A stretch of DNA of 58,062 nucleotides, filler included, from Perkinsus olseni (taxonomy: Eukaryota), in the NCBI GenBank assembly GCA_013115125.1. It is 2 parts of 2 records of this genome, joined end to end, with 100 filler letters (N's around TTAATTAATTAA, not from the genome) between each part and the next. Parts side by side here need not be neighbours in the genome. Positions count along the whole stretch, not along the records: positions 1 to 28,983 come from JABANN010000437.1; 1 more part is not named here. One strand, given 5' to 3'. The translations under genes were made by a program, and so were the position numbers. The notes below the pieces were generated by a model. The model did no database searches, was not told the origin of the DNA, and worked only from the letters and a program-made list of their open reading frames with translations. Within the stretch, counting starts at the first letter, position 1, and the number at the start of each line of letters is the position of its first letter. Shown piece by piece: positions 1 through 13,629 of the stretch.

Positions 1-246
1 AATAGCTCCTCGCCGCATTCGACTTCTCGAAGCCCCAGCGGAACCTTCCATCCAGAGTTCCCATCTGTTGGGGCGACCACTTGCGGATGGGAACACACAT
101 CGAGGGCTTGCGACATCGACGAACCCATCAGCGAGAACGGACCAGTGCTGAGAGTCGAAGGCATCAGCGGAGCGAAAGTGGTATTCCCCCCAGGAGGGCT
201 CCACAACATTCATCCCATTCGAAGAATCCGAAAACGAAGACGTAGC

Positions 247-2776
247 TCAGACGAAAGAGGGCACATCCACCGTGCGGAGGACATCGGGGTCGATGTCCGG
301 GAAGATTCCTTCGAGACATAGAATCTCCTTCATCACCACGGCAAACGGCCCTCCCATTAACCCGAATGACTAACAAAACCGATGTCGTAGGTACGTATTG
401 GAAACAGTCCACATTCAGAATGGAGCACTGGACGCCCACAGGCCGACCACTCCAGTGTCGGTAGAGTAGGCAACAACGCTGTTTCCATCCGGCCCTTCTG
501 TTGCCGCCACCGACGTCACTGCTGTACTGAGGTCGACTGTGAACCTGATTGAGAAAACCCTGACAATCGAGGACCGACTTCCCCAACAAATGCCGATCCA
601 CCTTTGAATGGTCATCGAAGAGCCCCGTGTAGCCGCTCTGGTGTTCCACACCCGAGGCGGCGGGGAATCTGTAGTGGGTGATAACCCCGGCCACCATCTG
701 CATCAGGATCGATACCCAAGATGGATTCCTCGGTCAAACCCTACCGTCTCTCAGACTTGCTCGCACGCTCTCCGTTGTGATCCCTGGGCGCAGAAGTCGA
801 CCCGGCCCCGCTGCTGTCTGGGTTCCACGACCATCGACACACTTGACCGTCCACACCGCCCGAAACCATGCACAAAGCCGTCGATGCCCCTGGCAAAGAG
901 GCACGTTTTACACGGCAAACCTTCCATCCACCACTACCAATTCCTGTCTCACAGCAGCAGCTGGTGTTAACACTATGGGCCAGCCTCGACACCTAACCAA
1001 AGACCCATCCGCCTCTCTCAACTCCTCCCTACGATCACCTTTGGCTGAGCCGCGGACGCCTTCCCCTTCCGCCAGTCCCACACGTGCACACGCCCTTCCG
1101 AATCCCCAGCGCAAAGGACGCCACTCTCCGGGCTTGTGCTCAGACATGTAATTGACGTTGATAGCGAACCAGCAGCACCCGTGGACCTGCAGGATTGGGA
1201 GTATCTCGCACGGCACACAGGAAAGGAAGCGCTTACAGGCTCAGAACCGCGCAGGCCGCAGTTGTAGGGGAGACCCGGAGGTCGAACATCTGTATGTGCC
1301 TGATGGAGTAAGTACTTCATGACTGCTGATCCACCTTCGCCTACCTCCCGCTGGTCACTGCAACGATATTCTCTGCATCGATGAATCGGCAGGAAGAACT
1401 ACCACTGAGCACCACTCCCGCGCCCCCACCAGTCGAGGCAGCACCGCTACCGCTGATGGGCCGACGGTACACTGGACCACGCCTCATCGCGTTGGAGTGA
1501 TACCTGAGTCAGGTCGAACTTCTATAGGTGCAGCCATTTATGTGATCACCCTCACAACATGGTCAGTGGCGGTCCACAGAGTCCACTGCGGAGAGATCGC
1601 CGCTAACAGATTGTCATGAGCGCTACCAGAGGCGGACCAGAATGGCCCATTTCAGATTGCCGCAGTCATACAGTACCACAACTAGAGACCGGAAACGGTT
1701 GCGCAAGGATAATTGCTACGGGAAGGTGAGTTAGGGGCTGAAAATTTTTTGGTGGATACTTGACACATATACTCATTGCTTGGGATGGGTCAGCAACCGT
1801 TATTCGATGAAACCGTGAAGCTGAAAATTACCCTCCTGGGATTCGAACCTGCGACCCACCGACCACCTCCCGACGAAGATGGAAAAAAGAAACAACGTAG
1901 AGACCTTCTGTTCCTGCCGCTTACACCTTGAGGCCTCCGGTGGCGGATATCGTGGCGATCACATGGCCCCCAGGAGCCACGTCAAAATCGATCAGCTTGT
2001 CCTTCTCGCCTTCAGCTGGTGCATAGAAAGAGGTGACCTCCCGAGTGGCAGAGTTGACAGTAAATAGACAACCTGAGTATAACCATGTCCCCACATTCAT
2101 CTGCCCCTACACAGTCTGAATACCATTGGAAGTAGCCAGTACGATCATCCCTCTCGCAGTTACGGCCATTCGAACTGGCCTGGTGCCATCCGTCAGCCCT
2201 AGATCCGAGGCCGTGCCATTACCAGGACGCCCTGCTTGGACCGAGAGGCTGTATGAACCTGCTCATACCGCATAAACAATGGAATACATGATGGCGATGA
2301 AGACACTACTGAGGGCAGCAACTATGTCTCAATAATAGTCGGAGAATCGAGCGCCTTATCACCTCGCTGCTGGTTATCATCCTGTACTTCCACCCAGCTG
2401 AGCCCTCGGTCACCAGCACATAGGAGCTGGGGCTCACCCTCCACGCCTCTACACCACACCATGGAGCGGACAACATCCCCCAGGAAGGTATAGCTAGGGT
2501 CCTGGTTCTCAGTAGCAGCACCTAGGTGCTCACCGGGCTCGAGGACGGAGCGTGAAGGGGTCTCCTCCAGGCCTGAGCGGGGCAGTACTACGTCGCAGGA
2601 CACACAATCAGCGACCTACCCCTGATGACGGGGAAAGGGGTACTGAATTTGCTACTGGCAAGAGACGCTCGCTTAGGGAGAGCGGAGCATGTCCCCTCAC
2701 CCGCAGCCCTGGATGACAGGAAGACCATATCACGTTCAACTGCTGAGGACGCCCAGAGCAAGAGGTGAGCCTCCAT
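247..2776 (-). CDS. multi-exon WD40-repeat protein (boundaries approximate)
   Basis: Minus-strand exon fragments with WD-repeat character: SITCLSTSPESGVLCAGDSEGRVHVWDW (~1060-1170), LCMVSGGVDGQVCRWSW (~820-880), VVAYSTDTGVVGLW (~440-480), DVVRSMVWC...LLCAGD (~2400-2480). Separated by GT-AG introns; probable stop TGA at 247-249. Confidence 0.65.
1828..1872 (-). other. tRNA 3'-half / Pol III B-box-like fragment inside an intron
   Basis: Minus strand reads GGTCGCAGGTTCGAATCCCAGGAGGG (T-arm/B-box); no A-box or D-arm seen upstream. Confidence 0.35.
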
Positions 2777-2840
2777 TATGCCCGCCGCTTGGAAAAGGTA
2801 TGAGCCGATTAACGCAGACCGACGACTTTCGACTGGAGAC

Positions 2841-5800
2841 TTAGGAAACGTTGAGCTCTACCGCCAGCGGAGCGATGCAAGCATTATTATATTCACCGCA
2901 GATAGACCGACAACTCCGATAGAGCTCGCAAGGTCGCAGGCGAGACCTGCTCACAATGATGGAAACCGCAACACTGCCGGAAGATACTCCTACTTGTCGC
3001 ATGACCTCCTCGGGTACGTTAGCCGCCACAAACTTCTGCAGCTCGATGACTCGGTCCCTAATGACGTCCCGAGAGGCAGACTTCTGTGCATGCACGAGTA
3101 GTGGAACCTGAGGGCAGGACCCTGACACGGTGGCCCCGTACAAGTCTTGGCTACATAAGCATTGAGGACTCTCCTGGCAATGGAGGCCCGCGCTCCGCCG
3201 GCCCTCCTGTCCCAACTGCCCCCCAACAGCTGATGCCGATCAAAGTGTGTGATTGCCTCCTCATAGCGACCGCTTGCACACAGTCGTTCGAATTGAAGCA
3301 ACGAGTACCTGAGAACATGTGCGAATGCAGCGCCTTCAAGGAGGAACGGGTAGAAGCTTACAGTCTCTTCGCCTCGTCCCACTCGACGCTATCGAGGTTC
3401 CATTTCCCAGGATTCTTGTCATATATTTTCATCAACATCTCGATGACCGCTAGTAGTGGGCTGGAAGGGTCGCCTGAGAGAACCTCTACACGGAGATGAG
3501 GGCCAGGGGCCTACTTATCTCCTGCACCAACGCAGGTGACGTCAGACACCGTACCATCACACTGACGACTTCCTTGTACCTGCCGCAAAGAAGAGTGCAC
3601 AGATGATCGGTCAGACTAGGCCGTACTCGCCAGCGCAGTGCAGTAACTTCATTCCCAAGCCATGGTGGCCCATGTCAACAGCACACCTTCCGCAATACCG
3701 ACAAGTCTCGACGTAGACCGACTGCTGCTGCTGCGGCGGCGGCTGTGACGATGAGGTGGATGCAGGCGTCGGCAGAGCTAAGGCATTCGGGTTACTAAAC
3801 ATCCCAGTGGTGGAAGGGCGGGCCGAGGAGCCTAAGACGAGCTTCATCCAGGAGTAGGGAGCCGAAGTACGATGACCGCACCATTGCCGATGGCAGCAGC
3901 AGCGTTCTCCTGTGAGCCACCTCCAAGCGCTGGCGAGGCGGCAGAGCCGGTCGTCGGAGCAGAGGCCTTCTCATCCATGATACTGGCCAAAGCGGAGCTA
4001 TGCAGAAGGCCACGGTGGACCTCTCCGGTCTCGGGATCGATGAATCTAGAACCACTTGTCCTGGTACCAACCCGACCGTGCAGTGCTCTCACCCGACTAT
4101 CTCATCCACGACCTCAGCCCCTCCATTAACATTAGACTCAGTATGACTCAGCAAGAGCTCCCGGAGGACCTCCACTCGGGAACGCGGCATGAGCGCCGGT
4201 AAGAATCTAACCAACAGCAACCACTCTGCCATTGCACCTAGTCTCCAGGCTCAGTACCTCAGAGTCTCTTGCAGTGTGAATCGTTTCTGTGCATAGTGCA
4301 TCACCGCAGTCGCCGAGGAGCTCTCACTCTCCCCTTCCTCCAGATGGGCCGACCTCAGAGCTGTCATGATGCCGCTGCCATGTGGACGATTGAGATACTG
4401 ACCGGGAGGATCCATAGGCTACAGCAGCTGGACGCGGGTAACGTACAAGTCTCATCCATATAGCGGTGGTCTCCTGTGCCTCAGACCCCGCGCTGAGGAC
4501 CCCAAATGCACGCGGAAATTGCAGGGAGAGTAGTAGGAGCTGAACGACATAGCAATGGGAGCCGTAAGAACTCATAGTCAGAACCCCTGATAGCAACTAG
4601 TGCTGCTACTACTGCCAGCACTACTAGTCTTACTGCCACTAAAGTGATCGTCACGACTCCCACTATGCCTGTTACCACTACCAGCATAATGATCGCCGCC
4701 ACTACCAGTAGTACTACCTTAGCCAACTTCCAGCTCGCCTTCTTGCTCCTGTTTGGCCCACCAGTCGTTCTCCTCTGCCGAGGATACGTCGGTCCTGGTG
4801 CCATCCAGTACAACGGAGCACACTTCAACTACGAATCTCACCAGCATCAGCGATGGCCATGGCAGTCCCTCCGGGGCCACCAACGCCTGGACCCTCCACT
4901 GCAGACGTCTGCGGGTCGTCGAAGTACTCGGACGGTAGGTTGGCGATTTTATCCTGGACAAGCTGGAGCTTAGTGAGAGTCTCCACTGTTGAGAAGCTGG
5001 GGTGCAGACACTCCATGAGATTGAACCTGAGATGCTCTCGCACTGACGCTGAGAGGTCCGCATTACTACCAAATCCAATCCTCAGCAGTGCAGTTGGGTA
5101 AAACACGAGTCACAGAGAAGTCAGGGGAAGTGAGCCGAGGAGGGCCCCCGTCGCTAACAGCTGAGCCAACTGTGTCTGACCGAACGACTGCAGGACGCCG
5201 GCATGCATGGCGGTAGTAGTACCCTCCCCTAACGGCCGGTCCACCAGAGCCAGCAGCACTTGTAGAGGGCCGCTGCTGCCATCATCGAAGTCCGCCATGG
5301 CAGTGGGCGTAGGACACTGAGTGAATACTGGAGTAACCGGAGTGTAGTCTGGAGGGTCCTCACCTGCTGGCCACCAGTCCCCTTCACAGAGGCCATGCGA
5401 GCCACTAAAGCCTTCCCAAGTGACCCGAGCGGAGGGCAAGCCACAAGCAGCGACGGCTCAGCGCATAGGGTCTCAACCACCGACACGAAGCTGACAGGCT
5501 GCAGTGAACCAAGAGGGAGGCCGAAGAAGCTCACTTAGCACGGACGGCAGTGTATAGGGCAAACCACACCTCGTGTAAATGGGAGTAGGGGAAGTTGTTG
5601 TCATCGAAGACAATTCTACCGTACTGGAAGGTTAGGTCCAGCCTGAGCTGTAGATAACAGCACCGTCGAGTTGATACTATCACTACCTCTCCGCGTGAGA
5701 CTTAGGATGCTTGATTTCACCGCTACTTGCATAGGGCCTCCCAGAGGAGTACACAGTGGTCATCAACCCTTCGACGAACCTTCCGATACAGGACACTTCT

Positions 5801-8150
5801 CAAGCGACGATTTTCGACTACCGGCCTACCGATTATTCAGGTAACCCAGGGAGCCAGCTATGAATTGATGAGCGTTGGCTGGCGGGACGGGGTCACGGGC
5901 CGATGTTGCCCACTCGAAAGCCGACCAAAGATCCGCCTTCTGAAATATCACAGGAACCAGTCACAGAGACAGCGCACTCTAGTCCTCCATAAAGGACCGG
6001 CCTGCAAGCAGTTATTTCTGGACTGTACGACAACCCACCAAGGCGAGTGGTAATAGCGTGCGGCGCTTTCCCGTCTCCAATTGCCCCCGTTATGACCTCA
6101 GCCTTCCCGTCCTGGCAGTCGAGCTTGACAATAGTGTCGAATACTTCAGGACTGTTAGCCTTGGGCTTAGTTAGTAGCTCCAGTATTCTTCGACTCGACT
6201 CTGGCACTTGCCCCTTCACCTTACGCCCGCCATCACTGCCTAAAGCGTCGGTATCACAACACGGTAGAAAGAGGGTGGTACACCGTCACTACCATCAGTG
6301 GTCCCGCTGGAGGGTACCTCCCCTTGCAACAGCTTAGACCGTAGCCTCTCGTACCTGGTCCAACCGCGTGTCAAAGTAGAAAGATACGCCCAGTGATGAC
6401 CCCGGTCCACAACACTACATGTCATTTTTCCTCTTTTCCATCTCTGCATGTATAATACGTTGAGCAGCCATATGAACCTCCGTCACTACAGAGGTTACCA
6501 CATCGCTATGTTGTGAGGCCAGGCTCAGATGCCTGAGAGCAATAATAAAGACATGCCCTCAGTTAGCAACCTCGAACGTATTTAATGACAATTTGACATA
6601 TACTCCGTGACCGTATTACAACTTGCCATTCCGTATGGCTTCATCGACGCCCGCTCCTCCACGATCCTTGAGATCGCCTAATGCACTGGTGACAGTGCCT
6701 GCCTGCGGACCGACCGCTCCTGAACACGACCAAGAGGCATCCCACTCGAACGCGGCCGCCATCACTGCACTACCTCTGCCTAGTTGCAGTTGCATCACAT
6801 TCCTCTCCAACCGCTCAGCCACAGGCCCAGATGGTTCCGGCAGCTGCGTAAGAAGGGCGCCACCTGATAGTACAGAGCCCTATCATCCATGCCATCAGAC
6901 ATTCACCACTTACCACCACCGCGGGGCAGCCCAGTCACAGCCTCTGCCGTTGAATCTTTGGCGAGCATGCTGAGTGGCCGATACACAAGCCCACTGCCAT
7001 CTGCGCCTGGTAATGTACCTAAAGCCACCCCACGGTACTCGAGGTCGGCCTATATCCAACTACTGTGCAGAGGATTCTAATTCAGATCCTCACCAGACAG
7101 TCAACGCGAGGACACCCCGAAAAAGCTCAACGGCTGTTTCCTCCCGCCGAAAGAAACTACAATTTTGAGCAAGCGCGACTCTTGTACGGCCACCTGGCTC
7201 GACTTGTGCAACGAATCCGCCCTAGTACCTTGGCCATTCATCGGCATTAACAACCTTTCAGTGGCCTCTGCCTGAGTCCTCATGGCGTTGACTAGATCCT
7301 CAGGGGAAGGCTGCTGGGCCGGCTCTTGTAGAGCAAGATCAGGCGTCGCCGTCGGAAGTATTGGACCGAGAACCGACGTCGGGACCGTCGCCAGCATCGT
7401 TCAGGCAATCAAACGCCACTGCAAATCATGCTCGGAAAAATGCCCCATCAATCTCACTCATTCCATGTTCGCTTGATGCCCGGGCAGTCTCACGGATGAA
7501 GGGTCCAGCTGCAACTACTTCTCGAATCCCATTCAAAACACAACATGCGTTGATACTTACAAGTGAGCGAGACTCGATATCCCGATTCGAGGATACTGGT
7601 CGTCACCGTGTTGGAATATGAGTGATGATACCAATACGTCCAGGTGACCAGGCATGCTCCCTAGAATGCAACCTCGACAACAATGTCCTCCCATTGCTTC
7701 CGAGCAGCGACGATGAGCTCAATGGATGACAGCAAGGGAAGTAGTATGGCCAAGTAGAGGAGGTGAACGCTATTAGGTCACACCTGGCCGAGTGCAGCAG
7801 ACTTGAACTGCCATGACCATCAGGTGTAGATGACGCCACGGAGGTATGCCGTAAAGTTTTCAACGATCCCATGGGACACTCCCAAATCCTGTGGCGTGCG
7901 CCATCTATAGCGCAAGATACGTTTCATGGAAGTATTAACCCAAAGCTACAGTATACTTGACACCCAGTGGGTGGTGCCTGGGTGACAGTGCACATTCGCT
8001 CTGTCCCCTTTCCTCCTACTATGCCCCCTTCCCGTCTACACGCTGTCGAGTAGCCGACAAGTACCAGTCGTTACGATAACTAGCAGCCTCCGATGATGTT
8101 AGAGTGGCACGTTGGCTGCTTGGCTGCTCGTAGATGTAAGGGGATGTCCT
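2841..8150 (-). CDS. large multi-exon gene, probable Nup93/Nic96-family nucleoporin (ends approximate)
   Basis: Ordered exon peptides resembling Nic96 motifs: ENFTAYLR..LLSSIE (~7700-7860), DRGHHWAYLSTLTR (~6370-6410), SVREHLRFNL..LQLVQDKIANLPSEYFD (4915-5050), CYVVQLLLLSLQFPRAFGVL (~4500-4555), MKLLHCAGEY(KEVV) (~3570-3655), LQFERLCASGRYEEAITHF (~3240-3300). Recognised by eye only. Confidence 0.55.
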
Positions 8151-9443
8151 TCTACTTCGGGTTCTATTCTCGTAATTGCTTAAAACTTCGTATTGCACTT
8201 TTGATCATTTTTTGTCGCGTACTGTTCCTTTTTGGGATCGAGGGATGACACTGCCACTGGCTACAACCCCTGAGCGCATTGGTCGTAGTATTGGCGATAC
8301 GCCGGCAGGCGTGTTAAGCCGATGCAAAGCGGATAGTGACCCCGCCACACACGCACTCTCCCTTTCTGCACGTCAAAGCACATTCTCTAAGGATGATTCT
8401 CATATAATCTACTTATATGGGTCAAACCCATTGGGTTTCCATGGTGACTCCAAGTCACTGGCATGTTAATCTTCGTCTCGCTTCTCTCTTCCCGTTGTGG
8501 CACAACGGTCGTGGGTGAAATTCTACAGTCTGGACTACTGTGTGTTAGCGTAGATCGGAACCGCCGGCGTTGATGTGTAGAAGCCATCACAGGTTTCGCG
8601 TTTAGTGCGTAACATTATGCTTGGCGTTGATATAACGCGGTTCACATATCGTCCTACGAATCCACGTGGATATTGCTAAATTTTCGCTCATGGCGCCGCG
8701 CCACTAACACGTTGTGTTTGTCGTGACGCATGGAATACTTCTGTTGAACGGAATCCGTTCTACACAACCCGGGAATCGCGAGATCCGCCATGAGCCAATA
8801 GCAGCCTGTTAGTGGAACAGGAAGTCGAAGGAATAAGCGGCAGCGGAGGAAAAAGAGTATGCCGCCGCAACGCGTTGTGTTGAACGCGTGTTTAAGTTAT
8901 GAATTTGTGCGTTATACGTGTTCAATGCGCGAATCCCTACGCGTGAACCTGTTTTACGCGTTTCACGGGTGCAATTCTGTTGGATTCCGTCCACACCATC
9001 AATCTTCCCCTGTGCCCTTGTAACAAGGCCATTGTTCCTCCGCCTCAGTGCTGGGTTCCATACCTGGGTCCCCCTTGACCAGGAGCCCCACAAAACTTAG
9101 ACAAATCGACTAGAAGTGCGCATGCGTACGCACAGCCCATTCGCGTCGAACGCTGCCAGAGCCCTAATAAGGATGCGTTCGGCAGCGATGTCTCCGCTAA
9201 GTGTGAGAGCATTCCAATAGGATAATCTCATCCTGAACGCAGTGGGGGAGTCGGCGAGCAAGGTCTGGAGGGCCTCACGTAAGGCTTATAAGAATAGAGT
9301 TTTGCAGAGGTTTGCAACCTCACTCACTTGAACAGTACCACCGGACGTTCTGCGGCCAATTCATACTCGCACGATGTGTTGTGCTTTAGTCTAAGGCCTT
9401 CTACGTCCATAATGAGCGTTGAAGAAGAGCCTCCTAACGCAAG

Positions 9444-9535
9444 TGTTGCAACTCGTTGCTAAAACTTGGAAACTTGCAATACTTTCGATGCTAGCAGCAC
9501 GCATAAACATATGAAAAATAGGATGGAAGAAGTCT
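9444..9535 (+). repeat. dispersed repeat, copy 1 (copy 2 at 57884-57974)
   Basis: TGTTGCAACTCGTTGCT(A/G)AAACTTGGAAACTTGCAATACTTTCGATGCTAGCAGCACGCATAAACATA has one mismatch over 68 nt between copies, with weaker similarity beyond. Confidence 0.9.
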
Positions 9536-10868
9536 CAATGTTAGCTCAATATGATTCAGACGTCTTTGGAACTATAACTGTGAAGAACTACTGAGACCTA
9601 TGACTATGTACGATGGCTTGCGTTAACTATAAGGGTCACATCAAGCACTCATTGCTCAACACAAGAGAGTGCATGCGTCCTTGCGTGCACCTTTGCACGC
9701 GTACCCAAATGTCCCGCAGCTATTGACCCAAGCAAGTCCGACGTATGTCGCTCCGGTCAGCCCACATTACTTGCCTACGCACAATAATTGAACTATCCTA
9801 TGAAAATGCTCCTCGGCGATTCCACGTTGTCGCATCCAATGCGACGCATTGAGGTGAGTGTGCCTCTAACAGAGGGCCCCATTGAGCCAGGCTTCCAGTA
9901 CTCATCAAGCGGGGCCCGGGCCTCAACCGTTCACTTGTAGTGCTGTGCTCTCGAATGTCTGGTGGTAATCTATTCGCCAATCTCGTCCCCATCTTTATCA
10001 TACTCCCGACGATGGTAAGTGACCAAGCGGCGGTCTCCACGCGAGTTCCCCGCTGGTAGTTCTCAGGCGTGGATTCCCGTTGACTTCCCTTCAGGCGTTG
10101 ATGGGCGCGAACGCTGCTTCTTCATCCCCTCTCGGCTTCTACACCTGGGGTGCAGATATTTGGACTGACCTCAACAGCGACTTTCTGGTACACTCCTTCT
10201 TACATCCTTTCCGAAAGCCCTGCCCTCTCAGAAATTCGTCAACATCCCCGCCGTAAAGAGTACCAGTCCCCTCGGCGACTTGTGGTTCTCAGTTGGTGAC
10301 GATGCCAACCCGGGGGGTCTCCAAAACAAAAGCCGTATCTTGCCGTTTATGAAAGCTGTGCGAGGACATTCGAGTGAGTGTTTTCGTTTGCACCGTAGTC
10401 GTTGATGGCTTCTTTCTGCCAGAGGGCGTTCTTTACCTCACCTACGGCGATTTCGGTACTCACAACGAGAAGGCTCTGGTGAGTGGCTCTGTGACAGTGT
10501 CGCAGCGCTAGTTCTTCACACCCGCCGCCTGGTCAGCTCGATTTCATCGAGGAATTGTTCTCCTGGCTGAGAGCCCAGTCGCAGTCCGACCTGCGGGCCG
10601 TAGCGCCATTTGGCATTTCCCTCGACATCGAGAACGCAGGCATGGCCCCCTTGGTGATAAGCAGCCTGACAAAGCTCCAGTGAGTGCCCAGATTACTCAG
10701 TCTCGTGTTCACTTCTCCCCACAGGGCTTATAAGAAGCAGTACCTTGGCTTCCTCTCTGCTGGGCAGTTCAAGATCCAACAGGTTGTTGGAGGGTTCCCG
10801 GACTCTGGAACTACTGGGTTAGCCCATCACTCGGCGTGATGGTCTAATCGCTCTTCTATAGTTTCACC

Positions 10869-12100
10869 ATGGATAATGCGGACAGTGCTTTGTATCTGGT
10901 ATACCGCTCCTACATGGACGACAAGTCAAGCATGAAACTTAACCCAGGTTGCTCCCCGCATTCTACTCAAGCCTTATCTATTGCTTCAGGCAACAACCTC
11001 CTCGCTCGCTTCAAATGGTTCATGACTCTGCAGTGCATTCAGTGCCTCAACCCAGGTTACACGCCTCGTGCTAAGATATCAGTACTTGTTGAAGGCGCCT
11101 GTAGGTTCTCCCTGCGTTGCTTGCCCACTCTCATGCTGTTTGTCTTAGGTTATGTTGGTGAGTACTGTGGTGAAATATCTTTCTGTGCGCAGAGCAAGTT
11201 CGGTATTGATAACGTGTTGCAGACATTCGACGCCTTCGACGCCCAAGCTAGATCAGCCTCGTGGATGCCACAAGGAAGGTATAATTCGTTTGAAGTTATC
11301 TCAACACACTCTAGCTGATCAGGTTTGATGCGCTCATGGACACGCGAGAGTCGCGCTACGGCATCCACGATTGGTAAGCGGGGAATGTTTCTTGTCCGCA
11401 AAGACTGTGGTTCAGGCACTGGTCCCGTTGCTTGTATCCCTCACCTATCAGTCAGGGCTACCCCACTTGCGGCGAACCATTTACCTACGGGGCCGATTTG
11501 TGCCAGAAGCTGGCTAAGACCCCTCAGAGATGATTCTGTCGCATCGGAAACTTTGGCGAGAGATTTCATTTCTTTCATTGATTTTATATTAGTAATTGCA
11601 TAGTCCTTCAAATGCTTTCTCGCGGCCCTGCTTAAGCTACATTTCCACTATCCCGCCTGAGTGCGAGATCGTGAACCGTTCTTATGCGAATAGCGAATGA
11701 CTTCGGATGGTAGATGAGTAGAGATGGTTTAGTGAGAGAGGCCCATACTCTTGCATGGGAGAATTTTTAACTCTTTCCCCCCTCCTTTATGGGTTGGGTA
11801 TATAGTCAATGGATCCTCAGATTGAGGCTTGCTAACCCCAGGGAAACGCGAATTCGATTAAGTGTTATCAGTGCGTTGAAACAGTGGACATATGGGTGTT
11901 GTTTCGACGGAAGTTCAGATGTGGTAAGAATTCGCAGGTCCGCGGAGAATGCCCTTGGTGAGGTGTGACTTCCGAATTAAAATCTCATGGGGCCTTTGAA
12001 AACAGCTCCCCGATCGAAACCACTCAGTGTTGATGAACAAGGAGGGCCACTGTCATCCAATCATCAGTCTGCATCTGTTCGATTGAGCTACCTTGCCAGT
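10869..12100 (+). mobile_element. degenerate non-LTR retrotransposon (LINE) remnant: gag-like ORF1 end plus APE endonuclease
   Basis: Cys-rich knuckle-like text (QCIQCLNPG; LGYVGEYCGEISFC), then SVASETLARDFISFIDFILVI (APE N-terminus, D-I-x-L-I-QEP position), LSVISA, PLVRCDFRIKISWG (GDFNA..WG-like) and SSNH (SDH-like), broken by stops and frameshifts. No RT domain found. Confidence 0.5.
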
Positions 12101-12395
12101 GGCTATTCACCACACCCCAACAAGCAACAATGATGCTGCTACAATAACAATAAAAGCAACACGCCTCATCGTAGCGCGAAACTGGCTCGACTGTAAGATG
12201 TTCGCCGACAATGATATGTTCCCAATGGTATGCTCACTAGTCTAATAAAAAGTATGCATTCACAGCTTCGAGGCCTGACAGAGACCACCCCTCAATTGAG
12301 GGCTCGCACATTCCCACAGCGGCCTACCTGCCGTTGAAGCCTCACTTTCTCACTGGCCAACTTAGTGAGGTGATCGTATCTGAGCTCGATGCTGA

Positions 12396-13485
12396 TTATA
12401 GATGGATGAGGAACCTCAGCCGTGTATCGAAAAGCACGCAGCAGTTCCCGTGTGCTAGAGCGTACGTCTGTATCAACTGTCGCGGTGGCAGGAGCGTGTC
12501 TTTGACAGCTGCAACCTCGGACATACGAGATAGCCAATCAAAATACTTGCCGAGCTGCGGATGATTATCTCGCGACAAAGTGAACTGTGGGCCTGAGAAC
12601 GAATTCCATTAGCTTTACTCACAACCATCGGGTCTACCTTTGGAAGCGCCGAGCACTGCTGTGGCATAAGCGAAGGGATACAAGGCCACATCAACGAGAC
12701 AAGGCGACGTTCCGTTATAGAACGGACCAATCATCTGAGAATATGACAAGCATGATTCTCACTGTATGATCACAGCACCCTCACCTCCGAGCTGAAGCTC
12801 TCCAATGCTGCTATCATGTCGGGGAACACTTCAGGTTTACTTCGACGAAAGCACTGAATGAAACGGTTGCAGAAGGATAGGTTAAAAGCCTCTGCTGCGT
12901 TCATCAGTCGCCGCCTGATCCCAAAATAGGAACATCAAACTGAGAGTGCGCTTTTGGTGGATCGAGACCATGGTGATCAATCCAAACAAGTCCAAGACTA
13001 TCGCAACTAGTAGACGAAACTAGAAGGCACTTGTTCTTGAGAACCTACCGTACCTCTCCTCATCATTGTTCGGGAGCAGAGGCTTCGTTGCCAGACCAGC
13101 TCCGCGGGCCAATCCATCCAGGTACTCAACAACGTTCAAAGATTCCACAACCTGGGCCACCGGAGTGCAGCGGTCTGTGACCAGTCAGTTCCAACTCGTA
13201 CAACTTCCCGGTTCCCTTCATCGTGTTCGACGATCAGCGTCGGTACCAAGCCCTTGGGATTGTTCTCGAGGAGTAGAGGGTGCTTGCTGTATCCGTTCGG
13301 CCCTGGGTTGAGACATTCGACGAGCTCGAACGGGATCTGTCGTAGGATGCAAAGTCATTCGGGCGTAGGCCCCTACGGTCTACCTTGTACCACTCTAGGA
13401 CTATTCGGGCCCTCTGAGCGTAGGGACAGAAGAAAGCCGTCAGGAGGCGGATTGATGGCAGCTTGTGGTGATCGTCGGCAGCCAT
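12396..13485 (-). CDS. glutathione S-transferase, omega-class-like (about 6-7 exons)
   Basis: Spliced product MAADDHHKLPSIRLLTAFFCPYAQRARIVLEWYK|IPFELVE..NNPKGLVPTL..|VVESLNVVEYLD..PLLP|..|MIGPFYNGTSPCLVDVALYPF..|..HPQLGKYFDWLSRMSEVAAVKDTL. Has the CPYA active site, cis-Pro VP, ES motif and N-capping box. Confidence 0.9.
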
Positions 13486-13629
13486 GATTGAAAAATTCTG
13501 TTCACTGCGGACCGACGAAAACAAAGGACTGCGGTTTCACAGTAGTATCATACTACTAGTACGGACAGATGACTCGATACCAACTTTTGCGCAACTCACC
13601 ACACGATGTCACTACAAATCGCGCTCTAT

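Noticed and set aside
10598-10614. CCGTAGCGCCATTTGGC resembling a dinoflagellate/Perkinsus spliced-leader relic
   Set aside because: Needs indels, lacks the CTCAAG end and is not in front of a recognisable gene.
12590-13050. Plus-strand text resembling LINE reverse transcriptase (IPLALLTTIG, VINPNKSK)
   Set aside because: The region is fully explained by minus-strand GST exons and introns with clean splice sites.
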